Source: an uncultured Gammaproteobacteria bacterium (GTDB lineage Bacteria > Patescibacteriota > Microgenomatia > Daviesbacterales > UBA10151). From it: DNA of 57,328 bases. The stretch lies in assembly GCA_964637465.1 (NCBI GenBank), contig CAZWTE010000001.1:1-57328 (forward strand), read 5' to 3'. Shown here one piece after another: positions 25,914 through 35,648 of this stretch (position 1 is the stretch's first letter; each line of letters starts with the position of its first letter). The translations under genes were made by a program, and so were the position numbers. The notes beneath the pieces were generated by a model. That model saw only the letters and a program-made list of their open reading frames with translations. It made no database searches and was not told the DNA's origin.

Positions 25914-27279
25914 CAAGTTATTGCTTGGTTTGATAATCCTTCTTGCCGTTTTCATCAGGCTGATACCGCTTGATTTTCCCCAATTTACTGCAGATGATGC
26001 AAGAATTGCTTACAGGGGATATGTTTTGGCAACAGAAGGTAAAGATGAACTGGGTAGAACCTTACCTCTTGTCTTTAATTCCCTAGACGATTATCAATTG
26101 CCTGTTGTCTCCTATGTTACAGCACTAGGAGTGTTGATATTCGGAAAAACGGACTCGGGAGTGCGAATACCCTTTATTTTAATCGGAACAGCTGTAATCC
26201 TTTTTATTTATGAATTATCAAGAATTTTTTTAAAAGATGAGCGTTTTAGTCTTTACGCTGCTGCCGTTGCAGGTTTGTCGCCCGGGTTAATATTCTTCTC
26301 CAAATTTCCCAATGAATTTATTATAACAACTTTTCTCATGTTGGTTTTGATTGTTAAGTTATTTGAAGAAAAGATCAGAATACTCCGGCTTTTGGTAATT
26401 ATTTTACTTCTGCTTTTAACATCCAAATTATCCTGGTTTATCTTAATCCCAGTTCTTTTGCTTACTATATATCTAAATAATCAAATGCAAAAAAAGACAA
26501 AAATAATCCTGCTTGCTTTTGGCTTAGTTTCTGTTTTTCTGGCAGTTGTTATTTTTTTAGCTATACCGCAGGGACAGAGAAGTTTAACAGAAAATAATTT
26601 TTCAATAGTAAATGATGTTACAGTAAAAAATAGTATAGAGAAAATAAGAGGTCAGACAATTCCCGGTTGGCCGGTTTTTCTTGACAGGATTTTATTCAAT
26701 AAAGCATACGTTGTAGTTGCCGGTATTTTTTATTGGCTTTCTCAGATTAATTTGAGTAAGTTGTTTGCGGAATTGGATCCGGGCAGCAGTTATGGTTATT
26801 TAAAAACGGGCGCATTTTCCAAAATAGCAATAATTCCTTTTGTAACAGGGTTAATATTTTTGATAAAAGAAAGCAGGAGGATTAAATTTTTAATTTTTTA
26901 TATCATACTTGTTACTTTCCCCTTAATATTTTTATACCCTTCAGAGCAGTCAGGACTAATTTTACCTGCACTGCCTTTTATTGTTTTAATTTCTGCTTTA
27001 AGTTGTCAGGTTTTCGGCCGGAAGATATTAACGGTCTTGCTGATTTTATTAACCTTAGAGTGGACAATTAATCTCTGGTTTATTCAAGCCAGTATTCTGA
27101 ATGCTAATGATAACAGACCAGGCTGGATCAGGGAGATAATAAAAGAAGCGGATGCTTATTCTGCCAATAATGTTGTATTTTCTGATGATATCGTCAATGA
27201 CTTGGCGCCTTTTATTGAGTGGTATACAAAGTTTAATCCAACAGATGGCTATGAAAATATTAAATTTCCGTACAGGTAA
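25900..27279 (+). CDS. PMT_2-like GT-C glycosyltransferase, array copy 2; truncated by an in-frame TAA and probably degenerating
   Basis: 459 aa. Carries FTADDARIAYRGYVLATEGKDELGRTLPLVF, with DD in place of the family DE. The PH..R motif position reads PSEQSGLILPALP, so the His is lost. The frame continues past TAA 27277-27279 into a conserved C-terminal module. Confidence 0.7.
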   Translation: MEINNKLLLGLIILLAVFIRLIPLDFPQFTADDARIAYRGYVLATEGKDELGRTLPLVFNSLDDYQLPVVSYVTALGVLIFGKTDSGVRIPFILIGTAVILFIYELSRIFLKDERFSLYAAAVAGLSPGLIFFSKFPNEFIITTFLMLVLIVKLFEEKIRILRLLVIILLLLLTSKLSWFILIPVLLLTIYLNNQMQKKTKIILLAFGLVSVFLAVVIFLAIPQGQRSLTENNFSIVNDVTVKNSIEKIRGQTIPGWPVFLDRILFNKAYVVVAGIFYWLSQINLSKLFAELDPGSSYGYLKTGAFSKIAIIPFVTGLIFLIKESRRIKFLIFYIILVTFPLIFLYPSEQSGLILPALPFIVLISALSCQVFGRKILTVLLILLTLEWTINLWFIQASILNANDNRPGWIREIIKEADAYSANNVVFSDDIVNDLAPFIEWYTKFNPTDGYENIKFPYR

Positions 27280-27489
27280 CGGCAAACAAATATTGCAAAT
27301 ATAACAATGGCCGGATCCGATGCTACTTTCTATGATTGCAATCAAGCTAAACCAGTCAGGATCTTTGCTTCTAAAAGGGATTTACATAGAATACAAAGTG
27401 TCATCAAAACCTTGCCCGAAAAGATCTACAAAGATTACCTAGGAAATGAGGTAGTTTATATCTTACAGCCAGTAATATGTATACGTTAA
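27280..27489 (+). pseudogene. Orphaned C-terminal module of array copy 2, downstream of the in-frame TAA
   Basis: Same frame as 25900..27279. KPVRIFASKRDL...KIYKDYLGNEVVYILQP aligns to KLLFVGRKGDFP...RLFSVDFLNGENAFDIVE at the end of 29160..30812. Its stop overlaps the next start by 13 nt, matching other junctions in the array. Confidence 0.6.
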
Positions 27490-29111
27490 TCAACAGAAAA
27501 AATCTAATTTTAGTCTTAATTATTTTAACTGGAGCTTTCTTTAGATTTTTTTATTTGAGCGGGTATCCCATTCAATTAAACCATGATGAAATAAGCCAAT
27601 TGTATGATCTGAAATCAATTATAGAAACAAAAAAGGATATCTACAGAAACTTTTTGCCGTTGGCTTTTCCTTCCACCGGGGATTACAAAGTGGGGCATTA
27701 TATATACATCAGCACTGTTCCTTATTTTTTTTCCGGGGACAGAGAAATTACAGTTAGGCTCCCTGCCGCATTTTTCAGTACCCTGACAATATTGGCAACG
27801 TTTTTATTTATTAAGGTGTTAACCAGGAATTGGTTGCTGGCCATCATCTCGGCTGCAGTCATATCGTTTACCCCTTCGGAGATATTCTATGGTCGGAAAA
27901 GCTTTGAAAACGTCATCGGTTCCAGTTTGGATATTTTCGGGTTATTTTTCCTTTTAAAATATTTAAAAGACAAGAAAAGTCAAATATGGGCAACCATAGG
28001 GGTGATGTTGTTGACTGCTGCTATGTATGTTTATACATCTCATACAATGTTGGTGCCTATGTTGCTTATTTTCCTTATTGCCCTGTTTAAGAAAAGATTA
28101 TTGACAAGGAAGAAAGAGTTTTTTGCAATTATCGCCATTTGGGTTATTAGTATGATTCCTTTAATTTTTTTAACAGCCCAAAATGCCGGTTTAAGGTTTA
28201 GGGCGGCTTCTGTTTTTGTTACTCAGGATGCCAATCTAGGAAGAGTAATTGGTTTAAACAACAGCCAACTTAAATCCTTAATAGATTTTATTCCGGCCAA
28301 ATTCCTTAATCAATTCGATCCGGCTTATCTTTTTTTAAGCGGTTTGGATCTGACTGAGAAAAATGCTTTTGGAATTGGCCCGCTTTTGTTTTGGCAGGCG
28401 CCTTTTCTCTTGGGAGGAATAATTTATTTAATCAGGAGAAAGGAACTTTATATAGCAAGAAATTTGTTGTTTGGGTTAGTGGTTTTGGCGATGATCCCCG
28501 GCGCAGTCACGTTTGAGGATTTTAGCCCCCACCGGTCTGTTTTGGCATTTACTATGTTGAGCATTGTTTCTGCTTTTGGTTTATATTGGTTGGTAAGAAA
28601 AATCTTAAACTTTAAAAGTTTCCTTTTCAAATCCAGTATTTTTGCAATTATTGCCTTAAGTTTACTGTTCAACCTGATTTACTTCTTAAGGATGTATACA
28701 ATAACTTATCCTTTTGAAAAATCAGAAAAATTACAATATCCTTTTAAACAAGTAAGTCAGTATATCTGGTCGCAGTATAATAATTTTGACCAAATTGTTT
28801 TTGATCCAAAATTTGGAGATGTATCTCCGTTTATTGGTGCAGGAGCCCATTATTATCTGGCTTATTACGGGAATTATCCTCCGGATAAATTCCAAAGAGA
28901 ATACCGCATTGGGGAAAAACCCAGAGAAATAATTTTTGATAAATTTTCTATCCGCGAAGTATATTGGCCTGCTGATAAGGATTTAAAAAATACTTTAGTG
29001 ATTGTCAGCCCCTGGAGCGTTCCGGAAAAAGACATAGCCGACAAGACAAAAATAATTAGAAGATTTAATTTTTACAACGGACAATTGGCATTCTATGCGA
29101 TCAAGCTGTAG
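27477..29111 (+). CDS. PMT_2-like GT-C glycosyltransferase, array copy 3
   Basis: 544 aa. Carries YPIQLNHDEISQLYDLKSIIETKKDIYRNFLPLAF and, later, DFSPHRSVLAFTM. Confidence 0.75.
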   Translation: MYTLINRKNLILVLIILTGAFFRFFYLSGYPIQLNHDEISQLYDLKSIIETKKDIYRNFLPLAFPSTGDYKVGHYIYISTVPYFFSGDREITVRLPAAFFSTLTILATFLFIKVLTRNWLLAIISAAVISFTPSEIFYGRKSFENVIGSSLDIFGLFFLLKYLKDKKSQIWATIGVMLLTAAMYVYTSHTMLVPMLLIFLIALFKKRLLTRKKEFFAIIAIWVISMIPLIFLTAQNAGLRFRAASVFVTQDANLGRVIGLNNSQLKSLIDFIPAKFLNQFDPAYLFLSGLDLTEKNAFGIGPLLFWQAPFLLGGIIYLIRRKELYIARNLLFGLVVLAMIPGAVTFEDFSPHRSVLAFTMLSIVSAFGLYWLVRKILNFKSFLFKSSIFAIIALSLLFNLIYFLRMYTITYPFEKSEKLQYPFKQVSQYIWSQYNNFDQIVFDPKFGDVSPFIGAGAHYYLAYYGNYPPDKFQREYRIGEKPREIIFDKFSIREVYWPADKDLKNTLVIVSPWSVPEKDIADKTKIIRRFNFYNGQLAFYAIKL

Positions 29112-29159
29112 TCGTAGCTTTTTGTGGTGTAAATTGCTACTATTAAGTTTAAAAGCTCC

Positions 29160-30812
29160 ATGAAGCGAAAAATATATTTAACCCTTATTTTAATAATTAT
29201 ATTGTCGTTTTTCCTGCGATTTTATAAAGTTACGGAAAATCCCCCTGCTTTAAATTGGGATGAAGTATCGATCGGTTATAATGCCTATTCAATTTTAAAA
29301 ACAGGCAAAGACGAGTGGAATCAGCCTTTTCCGATACATTTTAAAGCTTATGGGGAATATAAATTACCGGCGCAAATATATGCCAGTATCCCGGGTATAT
29401 ACCTTTTTGGACTCAATGAGTTAGGTATTAGGATAACCCCTGTTATTTACGGAACACTGACTGTGCTGGTGATGTTTTTCTTAGGTAAGCAGTTATTTCA
29501 GAGCAGTTTGGCCGGGTTGATAGCGTCTCTTTTGCTTGCTGTTTCACCCTGGCACATTCATCTTACCCGGGCTTCTTTTGAATCTTCTTTGGCCACATTT
29601 TTAGTCACAACGGGAATCTGGTTACTCATCAGGGGATTTCAGGATCAAAAATGGTTTGTAATATCAATGATTCCGTTTGCTCTGTCTGTGTTTACTTATA
29701 ATTCAGCCAGGATTTTTACTCCGGTGTTTTTAATAGCGGCAGTATTACTATACAGGAAAACTTTAATCAAATTTAGAAGAATAGCCGTTTTTTCCATAAT
29801 AGTTTTTACTGTTTTGGTCTTGCCGCTGGTGCCTTATTTATTTAGCGGCGAAAGAAGTGCCAGATATAAACTAGTCAGCGTGACTGATGATCCGGGACTC
29901 ATTCCCAGAATTAACGAAAACAGGGGACACTCGCGTTTACCCCGGCCTTTACCCAGGCTTGTGCATAATAAAATCACTTATGCAGCATTTTATTTTAGCA
30001 GAAATTATTTGACGCACTTTACTCCCCGGTTTTTATTTGTCTCAGGTGCTCCTCATAAACAGCATCATGTCCAAAATATGGGTGAATTATATTATTTCCA
30101 GGCACCGTTTCTATTGTTAGGTCTATATGCGCTTTTTAAGTTAAGAAACAAGTTTACCGGGTTGCTAATGGCTTGGGTATTGCTGGCATTTATTCCCGTT
30201 TCCGTCACCAATGATAGTATTCCCCATGCTTTAAGAACTCTAATTGCCGTCCCTTTTTATCAGCTGGTATCCGCTTTAGGCTTTGTATTTAGCTTAAGTT
30301 GGTTCAGTAAACTGTCTCCATTACAAAAAATTACCGGGGGTGTAGTATTGTTGTTTGTGGTTGCAGTAAGCATAGTTTACTACTTATATCAATATTACAT
30401 AATATATCCGGTCAAATATTCGCGGGACTGGCAATATGGTTACAAACAGGTGGTGGATTATATCGGTAAACACAGTAATGAATATGACCAGATTGTTTTT
30501 ACCAGACACTATGGCGAACCGCATATGTTTACCTTATTCTATCTAAGCTATGACCCGTCTCAGTATCAGAATAACCCAAATTTAGTCAGATTTGAGACAC
30601 ATGATTGGGCATGGGTTTTAAGATTTGATAAATATTATTTTCCTGATTTAGGTGATGAGGGAACCCAGTTTGCCGATGTTGTAAAGGCAAATCCTGATAA
30701 GAAATTATTGTTTGTTGGAAGAAAAGGCGATTTTCCTAAGGAGATTCCCAGATTGTTTTCCGTAGATTTTTTAAACGGCGAAAATGCTTTTGATATAGTT
30801 GAAACTAAATAA
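29160..30812 (+). CDS. PMT_2-like GT-C glycosyltransferase, array copy 4
   Basis: 550 aa. Carries PPALNWDEVSIGYNAYSILKTGKDEWNQPFPIHFKAYGEYKLPAQIY and, later, DSIPHALRTLIAVPFY. Confidence 0.8.
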   Translation: MKRKIYLTLILIIILSFFLRFYKVTENPPALNWDEVSIGYNAYSILKTGKDEWNQPFPIHFKAYGEYKLPAQIYASIPGIYLFGLNELGIRITPVIYGTLTVLVMFFLGKQLFQSSLAGLIASLLLAVSPWHIHLTRASFESSLATFLVTTGIWLLIRGFQDQKWFVISMIPFALSVFTYNSARIFTPVFLIAAVLLYRKTLIKFRRIAVFSIIVFTVLVLPLVPYLFSGERSARYKLVSVTDDPGLIPRINENRGHSRLPRPLPRLVHNKITYAAFYFSRNYLTHFTPRFLFVSGAPHKQHHVQNMGELYYFQAPFLLLGLYALFKLRNKFTGLLMAWVLLAFIPVSVTNDSIPHALRTLIAVPFYQLVSALGFVFSLSWFSKLSPLQKITGGVVLLFVVAVSIVYYLYQYYIIYPVKYSRDWQYGYKQVVDYIGKHSNEYDQIVFTRHYGEPHMFTLFYLSYDPSQYQNNPNLVRFETHDWAWVLRFDKYYFPDLGDEGTQFADVVKANPDKKLLFVGRKGDFPKEIPRLFSVDFLNGENAFDIVETK

Positions 30813-32222
30813 ATGTTTAAGACCAAATACCTATTGGGTTTAATCATTATTCTCTTTCTTTTTACGCGGCTCTATAAAATTAACGAGATTCCGTCTGCTG
30901 TTTATTGGGATGAAGCTTCGATTGGTTATAATGCCTATTCGGTTTCATTAAGCGGTCAGGATGAATGGGGGGAATTTTTACCAATCCATTTCAGGGCTTT
31001 TGGGGAATTTAAATTACCGGTTTACATTTATGCTGCCGTTGTTAGTGTTAAACTCTTCGGGCTAAACGAATTTGCAGTTAGAATTCCTGCAGTTTTATTC
31101 TCTTTAGGCGTAGTCATCATAACCTATTTTTTAGCCAAGAAGCTTTCAGGCAGTATAAACGCTGGTTTATTTAGCAGTTTCTTTGTTGTCATTTCTCCCT
31201 GGTTTTTTATTTTTTCAAGAACAGGATATGAAGTAACGGCCGGTTTGATGTTTTACCTATTGGCAGTATATCTTTTCCTGAAATACAGCAGCAATGCCTG
31301 GTATTTATTCTTTGCTGTTGCGAGTTTTATTTTTAGCGCTTACAGCTATAACAGTTTTAGGATAATTGCTCCGTTAACAATTTTGGTATTAATCTTCTAT
31401 AGCTTAAACAATTTAAGGAATGTTTTTAAGAAGGGAATGACTTTTTTAATAGCCTCTTTTTTTATTTTGATAGTCAGCACCATTCCCATTTATAGGTTAT
31501 ATACATATGATGCAGGAGCTTCACGCCTACAAGCTATTGGTGCGACCCCTGCAAATTTCATGACAAACTTTTTGTCGCATTTTGACCCGGATTTTTTAAT
31601 TTGGCAGGGAGATAAAAACTTCAGAAGCCAGCAAGCAGGTTTCGGGCAGCTTTATCTTCCGGAACTGGTACTATTGATACTGGGGTTAATATATATGATA
31701 GGCAGGAAACCAAAAAATGGCGCTCTTATAATAGTATTATCCTTACTTGGTCCTATTCCTGCTGCGCTTACCAGGGAATCTCCGCATGCTCTTCGGGCCC
31801 TTTCCATTGTGCCGTATTTGTCCATTATTTCGGCACTGGGCATAGATCAACTTTGCCGGTGGATAAAAAGATCAGGAATTGTTTATATAACAGTAATAAT
31901 AATCTTCCTTATTTTTTTTGCCAATTATTTCTTAAATTTTTTAAACGTTTACCCGTCGGAGTCAGCAAAAGATTGGCAGGATGAATACAAAAAGATCTTT
32001 ACCGGCCATAAGGATAGTTTAGACCAGTATAAGAAAGTTGTAATTTCTGATAAATATGCCCAGCCTTATATTTTTGCCCTTTTTTATTTAAAATATGATC
32101 CGCAAAAATTTAGACAAGAGGTAGTCCGGAGTAATGCCGGAGACTGGGGATTTTCGGCTGTTAAGGAGTTTGGAAAATTTGAATTTGTAAAGTCTCAGCA
32201 ATTATTTTCTTTTGAAAAATGA
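30813..32222 (+). CDS. PMT_2-like GT-C glycosyltransferase, array copy 5
   Basis: 469 aa. Carries SAVYWDEASIGYNAYSVSLSGQDEWGEFLPIHFRAFGEFKLPVYIY and, later, ESPHALRALSIVPY. Its start immediately follows the upstream stop (TAAATG). Confidence 0.8.
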   Translation: MFKTKYLLGLIIILFLFTRLYKINEIPSAVYWDEASIGYNAYSVSLSGQDEWGEFLPIHFRAFGEFKLPVYIYAAVVSVKLFGLNEFAVRIPAVLFSLGVVIITYFLAKKLSGSINAGLFSSFFVVISPWFFIFSRTGYEVTAGLMFYLLAVYLFLKYSSNAWYLFFAVASFIFSAYSYNSFRIIAPLTILVLIFYSLNNLRNVFKKGMTFLIASFFILIVSTIPIYRLYTYDAGASRLQAIGATPANFMTNFLSHFDPDFLIWQGDKNFRSQQAGFGQLYLPELVLLILGLIYMIGRKPKNGALIIVLSLLGPIPAALTRESPHALRALSIVPYLSIISALGIDQLCRWIKRSGIVYITVIIIFLIFFANYFLNFLNVYPSESAKDWQDEYKKIFTGHKDSLDQYKKVVISDKYAQPYIFALFYLKYDPQKFRQEVVRSNAGDWGFSAVKEFGKFEFVKSQQLFSFEK

Positions 32223-33805
32223 AAATAAAGATATTACTTATCTTAATTGTTATCCTGGCAGGACTATTAAGGTTATACAAATTAGATTCTGTTCCTCCTT
32301 CAATTTCCTGGGATGAGGCGGCAGTGGGATATAACGCCTGGACTATTGCTAATTGGGGAAGGGATGAATACGGGAAATTGCTGCCTGTATATTTTAAGTC
32401 ATTTGCTGATGATAAGCACCCGGTGCATATTTATACTACTGCTTTGTCAGTAAAATTTTTCGGGCTTTCCGAATTCAGCACCAGATTACCATCAGCTCTT
32501 TTTGGAATATTTAATGTGATACTAATATTTTTCCTGGCTAAATTAATGTTTTCATCAGAGATTTTAGGCCTTTTTGCCGCTTTTTCCTTAACCATTTCCC
32601 CCGCAAATATCCATTTTTCCAGATTTAACCATGAAGCAAATTTTGCGCTTTTTTTCCTCATGTTAGGACTGACGTTATTTTATTTGGCAGTGAAAAAGAA
32701 AAAATCATTGTTAGCTTTATCGGTTTTAAGTTTCGGGCTGGCTTTTTTAACCTACCATCCGTCAAAGGTAGTAGTTCCTGCAGTTGCAATCTTACTTTCG
32801 GTATTATATGGCAAGCAGTTATTAAGAAGCCGGTTTAATTTGGCCGGGGTGTTTACGGTATCAGCAGCTTTTTCCTTATTAATAATTCTAAATCCGCAGC
32901 TTTTAGGGATTGCAAGGGTAAATCAAACTTCACTAAGTAAAGACATTGTTAAAAAAACACAACTTTTCCAGATGACTAATAACGAATTGCTGGGCCGGTT
33001 AGAGTTAGTATTTACCCAATACAGCTGGCATTTTTCTCCCCAGTATTTATTTCTTTCCGGCGATAAAAATCCCCGCTTATCTGATCAAAAAACCGGTCAG
33101 TTTTATCCTCTTGAAGCGTTTTTTTTGCTGTTAGGTATTATCTTTTTGGGATACAGAAGGTCTAAAGAGGGTGTAGTGCTGTTGGCTTGGGCGTTTGTTG
33201 CTCCGCTCCCGTCTGCTTTAGTGGCAGAGGCGCCACATTCGGCCAGAGCCATGTTTATGATGGGGAGCTGGCACTTAATTGCAGCCCTGGGTTTTTACTG
33301 GTTATTTAATTTATTTAAAAAACCTGTATTTAAATTAGGTATTTTAATATTGACTTTGGGAGTACTTTTATTTTCTTTATCTGTATATACCGGCCATTAC
33401 TTCGTGGAATATGCCAGAAGAAATGCCATTGACTGGCAATACGGGATGAAGCAGATCGTTGAGTATGCAAAAGATCATCCTGAATATAGCCAGGTTTATA
33501 CAACTGCTGTCAGGTCTCAGCCGTACATTTTTTTCCTCTATTATTTAAAAACGCCTTTACCGCAATACTTAAATACAGTAATTTACAATAATTCCCAAGA
33601 TAAAAGTTATAATAGCGTATCGTATTTTGAAAGATATGAATTTGGAGGATGGAGTCCATTTGAAAGTGATGCCCGTAAAGGGGTACTATATGCTTTGAGT
33701 CCCAGTGAGTATGACGGATTAAAGTATCGCTCAAATTTTGAGGTAAAGAAAATAGTATATTACCCAAATGATGCAACCGCCTTCTTTTTGGTGACCTTAA
33801 AATGA
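32219..33805 (+). CDS. PMT_2-like GT-C glycosyltransferase, array copy 6
   Basis: 528 aa. Carries PPSISWDEAAVGYNAWTIANWGRDEYGKLLPVYFKSF and, later, EAPHSARAMFMMG. It has ATGA overlaps on both sides. Confidence 0.8.
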   Translation: MKIKILLILIVILAGLLRLYKLDSVPPSISWDEAAVGYNAWTIANWGRDEYGKLLPVYFKSFADDKHPVHIYTTALSVKFFGLSEFSTRLPSALFGIFNVILIFFLAKLMFSSEILGLFAAFSLTISPANIHFSRFNHEANFALFFLMLGLTLFYLAVKKKKSLLALSVLSFGLAFLTYHPSKVVVPAVAILLSVLYGKQLLRSRFNLAGVFTVSAAFSLLIILNPQLLGIARVNQTSLSKDIVKKTQLFQMTNNELLGRLELVFTQYSWHFSPQYLFLSGDKNPRLSDQKTGQFYPLEAFFLLLGIIFLGYRRSKEGVVLLAWAFVAPLPSALVAEAPHSARAMFMMGSWHLIAALGFYWLFNLFKKPVFKLGILILTLGVLLFSLSVYTGHYFVEYARRNAIDWQYGMKQIVEYAKDHPEYSQVYTTAVRSQPYIFFLYYLKTPLPQYLNTVIYNNSQDKSYNSVSYFERYEFGGWSPFESDARKGVLYALSPSEYDGLKYRSNFEVKKIVYYPNDATAFFLVTLK

Positions 33806-34575
33806 TGAAAAAAATATCTGTTGTTTTGGCCGTTTTTAACGAAGAAGGAAATTTAAGGAATTGTCTAAGTTCCGTAAAAGATTTTGCAGATGAGATAGTC
33901 ATTGTTGACGGCGGCTCCGCAGACAGAACCTTGGATATTGCCGAAGAGTTTAAAGCCAGAGTAATTTTAACCAACAATCCGCCTGTTTTCCATATTAATA
34001 AGAATAAGGCAATTGATGCGGCAAAAGGAGAGTGGATTTTACAACTAGATGCTGATGAGGTAGTAACTGAAGAATTGGCAGAAGAAATAAAAAAAGTAGT
34101 ATCTGTAAAATCTTTGGCTTACGGGTACTGGATACCCCGTAAGAATTTTTTCTTGGGAAAATTTTTAACAAAAGGCGGACAATATCCGGATTATACTCTC
34201 AGGCTTTACCGTAATGGCTTTGGCAGGTTTCCGGCAAAGGATGTCCATGAGCAGGCAGATGTTAAGGGTCAAGTCGGTTATTTAAAAAACGATCTTTTAC
34301 ATTTAAGAGATAAGAATTTTTCGGTGTATTCAGAAAGGTTTAACAGATATACAAATTTACTGGCATTGCAACTGAAAGAAGCCGGCCTTAAGATTGGGAT
34401 ATTTTCTTTTCTTAATTTTATTTTGGTTAAACCTTTGTTTTGGTTTATTAAAGCTTATCTCCGCCATCGGGGTTATGTGGATGGTTTTCCCGGTTTTGTT
34501 TTTGCCTTATTTTCCTCACTGAGATTTCCGGTGGCTTACATTAAATTAATGATAAATCCGATTTCAAAGATATGA
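33802..34575 (+). CDS. GT2 glycosyltransferase (KdtX/WaaE-like subclass)
   Basis: 257 aa. Carries VVLAVFNEEGNL...FADEIVIVDGGSADRT, DADEVV, and the C-terminal YVDGFPGFVFALFSSLRFPVAYIKL. Confidence 0.75.
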   Translation: MMKKISVVLAVFNEEGNLRNCLSSVKDFADEIVIVDGGSADRTLDIAEEFKARVILTNNPPVFHINKNKAIDAAKGEWILQLDADEVVTEELAEEIKKVVSVKSLAYGYWIPRKNFFLGKFLTKGGQYPDYTLRLYRNGFGRFPAKDVHEQADVKGQVGYLKNDLLHLRDKNFSVYSERFNRYTNLLALQLKEAGLKIGIFSFLNFILVKPLFWFIKAYLRHRGYVDGFPGFVFALFSSLRFPVAYIKLMINPISKI

Positions 34576-35648
34576 AAGTCGCAATTAATAATCTGCCTTT
34601 AAAGAGCGGTCATAAAACAAGAGGTATAGGATACTATACAGAACATTTAATCAGGGCTCTGCAGCAGGATAAAACAATTGAAGTCCGCGAATTTGTAAAT
34701 CCGTCGGAAGTTTTGGGGGTTGAGGTAGTCCATTATCCCTGGTTTGATTTATTTTTTCATACATTACCCATAATAAGAAGGTTTCCTACAGTAGTTACCA
34801 TTCATGATGTGATACCGTTGGTATTCCCTCAATATTACCCGGTAGGATTTCGGGGTAAAATTAATTTTACAATGCAAAAAATGGCTTTAAAAAGTTGTAA
34901 GTATATTATTACCGATTCTCATACATCAAAAGCGGATATTATTAGACATTTAAAGATTAAAGAAAGGAAAATTACGGTTATCCCGTTGGCAGCCGATCAA
35001 AAATTCCAAGTTTTGAAAAATGATACGAAGTTGCTTCATACACAAAGACAGTACCGTTTACCTGAGCAGTTTCTGCTTTATGTCGGGGATGCCAACAGGG
35101 TTAAAAATCTGCCTTTATTAATTGAGGGGTTTCGGCAGCTATTGAAACTCCCGGGTCTGCAGAATATAAAGCTGGTTTTAGCAGGCGGTATGTTTTTAAA
35201 AGACGTAGAAAATATCAACCATCCGGAATTGGAAAGCTTAAAGTTAGTTAGTCAATTAATCAAACAATACGGGCTTGAAGGCCATATAATTAGGCCCGGG
35301 CAAATTGAGGATGAGGATTTAGTTTCTTTCTATAACCTCGCAACAGTATATGTCCAGCCCTCGATTTACGAAGGTTTTGGGTTACCTGTTTTGCAGGCAT
35401 TTGCTTGCGGAACTCCGGTTGTTTCATCAAACCGGGGAAGTTTAAGTGAAGTAGGGGGACGTGCGGCAGTTTATTTTGATCCGGCCAATATCAGACATTT
35501 TATTTCAGTTGTCCAAGAGCTTTTGCAGAACAGATCACTCCGAAGTAAGTTATCTAAATTAGGTTTGGAACAAGCTGCCCGGTTTTCTTGGGACAAAGTA
35601 GCTGAAGAAACAAAATCAGTTTACCTCAAAGCAAGCAAAAATGAATAG
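34572..35648 (+). CDS. GT4 (Glycos_transf_1) glycosyltransferase
   Basis: 358 aa. Carries VQPSIYEGFGLPVLQAFACGTPVVSSNRGSLSEV, the classic GT4 EX7E region. Confidence 0.8.
   Translation: MKVAINNLPLKSGHKTRGIGYYTEHLIRALQQDKTIEVREFVNPSEVLGVEVVHYPWFDLFFHTLPIIRRFPTVVTIHDVIPLVFPQYYPVGFRGKINFTMQKMALKSCKYIITDSHTSKADIIRHLKIKERKITVIPLAADQKFQVLKNDTKLLHTQRQYRLPEQFLLYVGDANRVKNLPLLIEGFRQLLKLPGLQNIKLVLAGGMFLKDVENINHPELESLKLVSQLIKQYGLEGHIIRPGQIEDEDLVSFYNLATVYVQPSIYEGFGLPVLQAFACGTPVVSSNRGSLSEVGGRAAVYFDPANIRHFISVVQELLQNRSLRSKLSKLGLEQAARFSWDKVAEETKSVYLKASKNE

Noticed and set aside
29256-29290. A 35-nt stretch with 32/35 identity to 30906-30940, considered as evidence for gene conversion between array copies 4 and 5
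   Set aside because: The stretch is too short, and it coincides exactly with the conserved WDE.SIGYNAYS motif. Amino-acid conservation plus shared codon bias explains it. A whole-gene nucleotide alignment would be needed to claim conversion.
33510-33977. 155-aa minus-strand ORF spanning the 32219/33802 gene junction
   Set aside because: It overlaps two well-supported + strand genes that are joined by an ATGA overlap. It has no motif support, so it is judged spurious.
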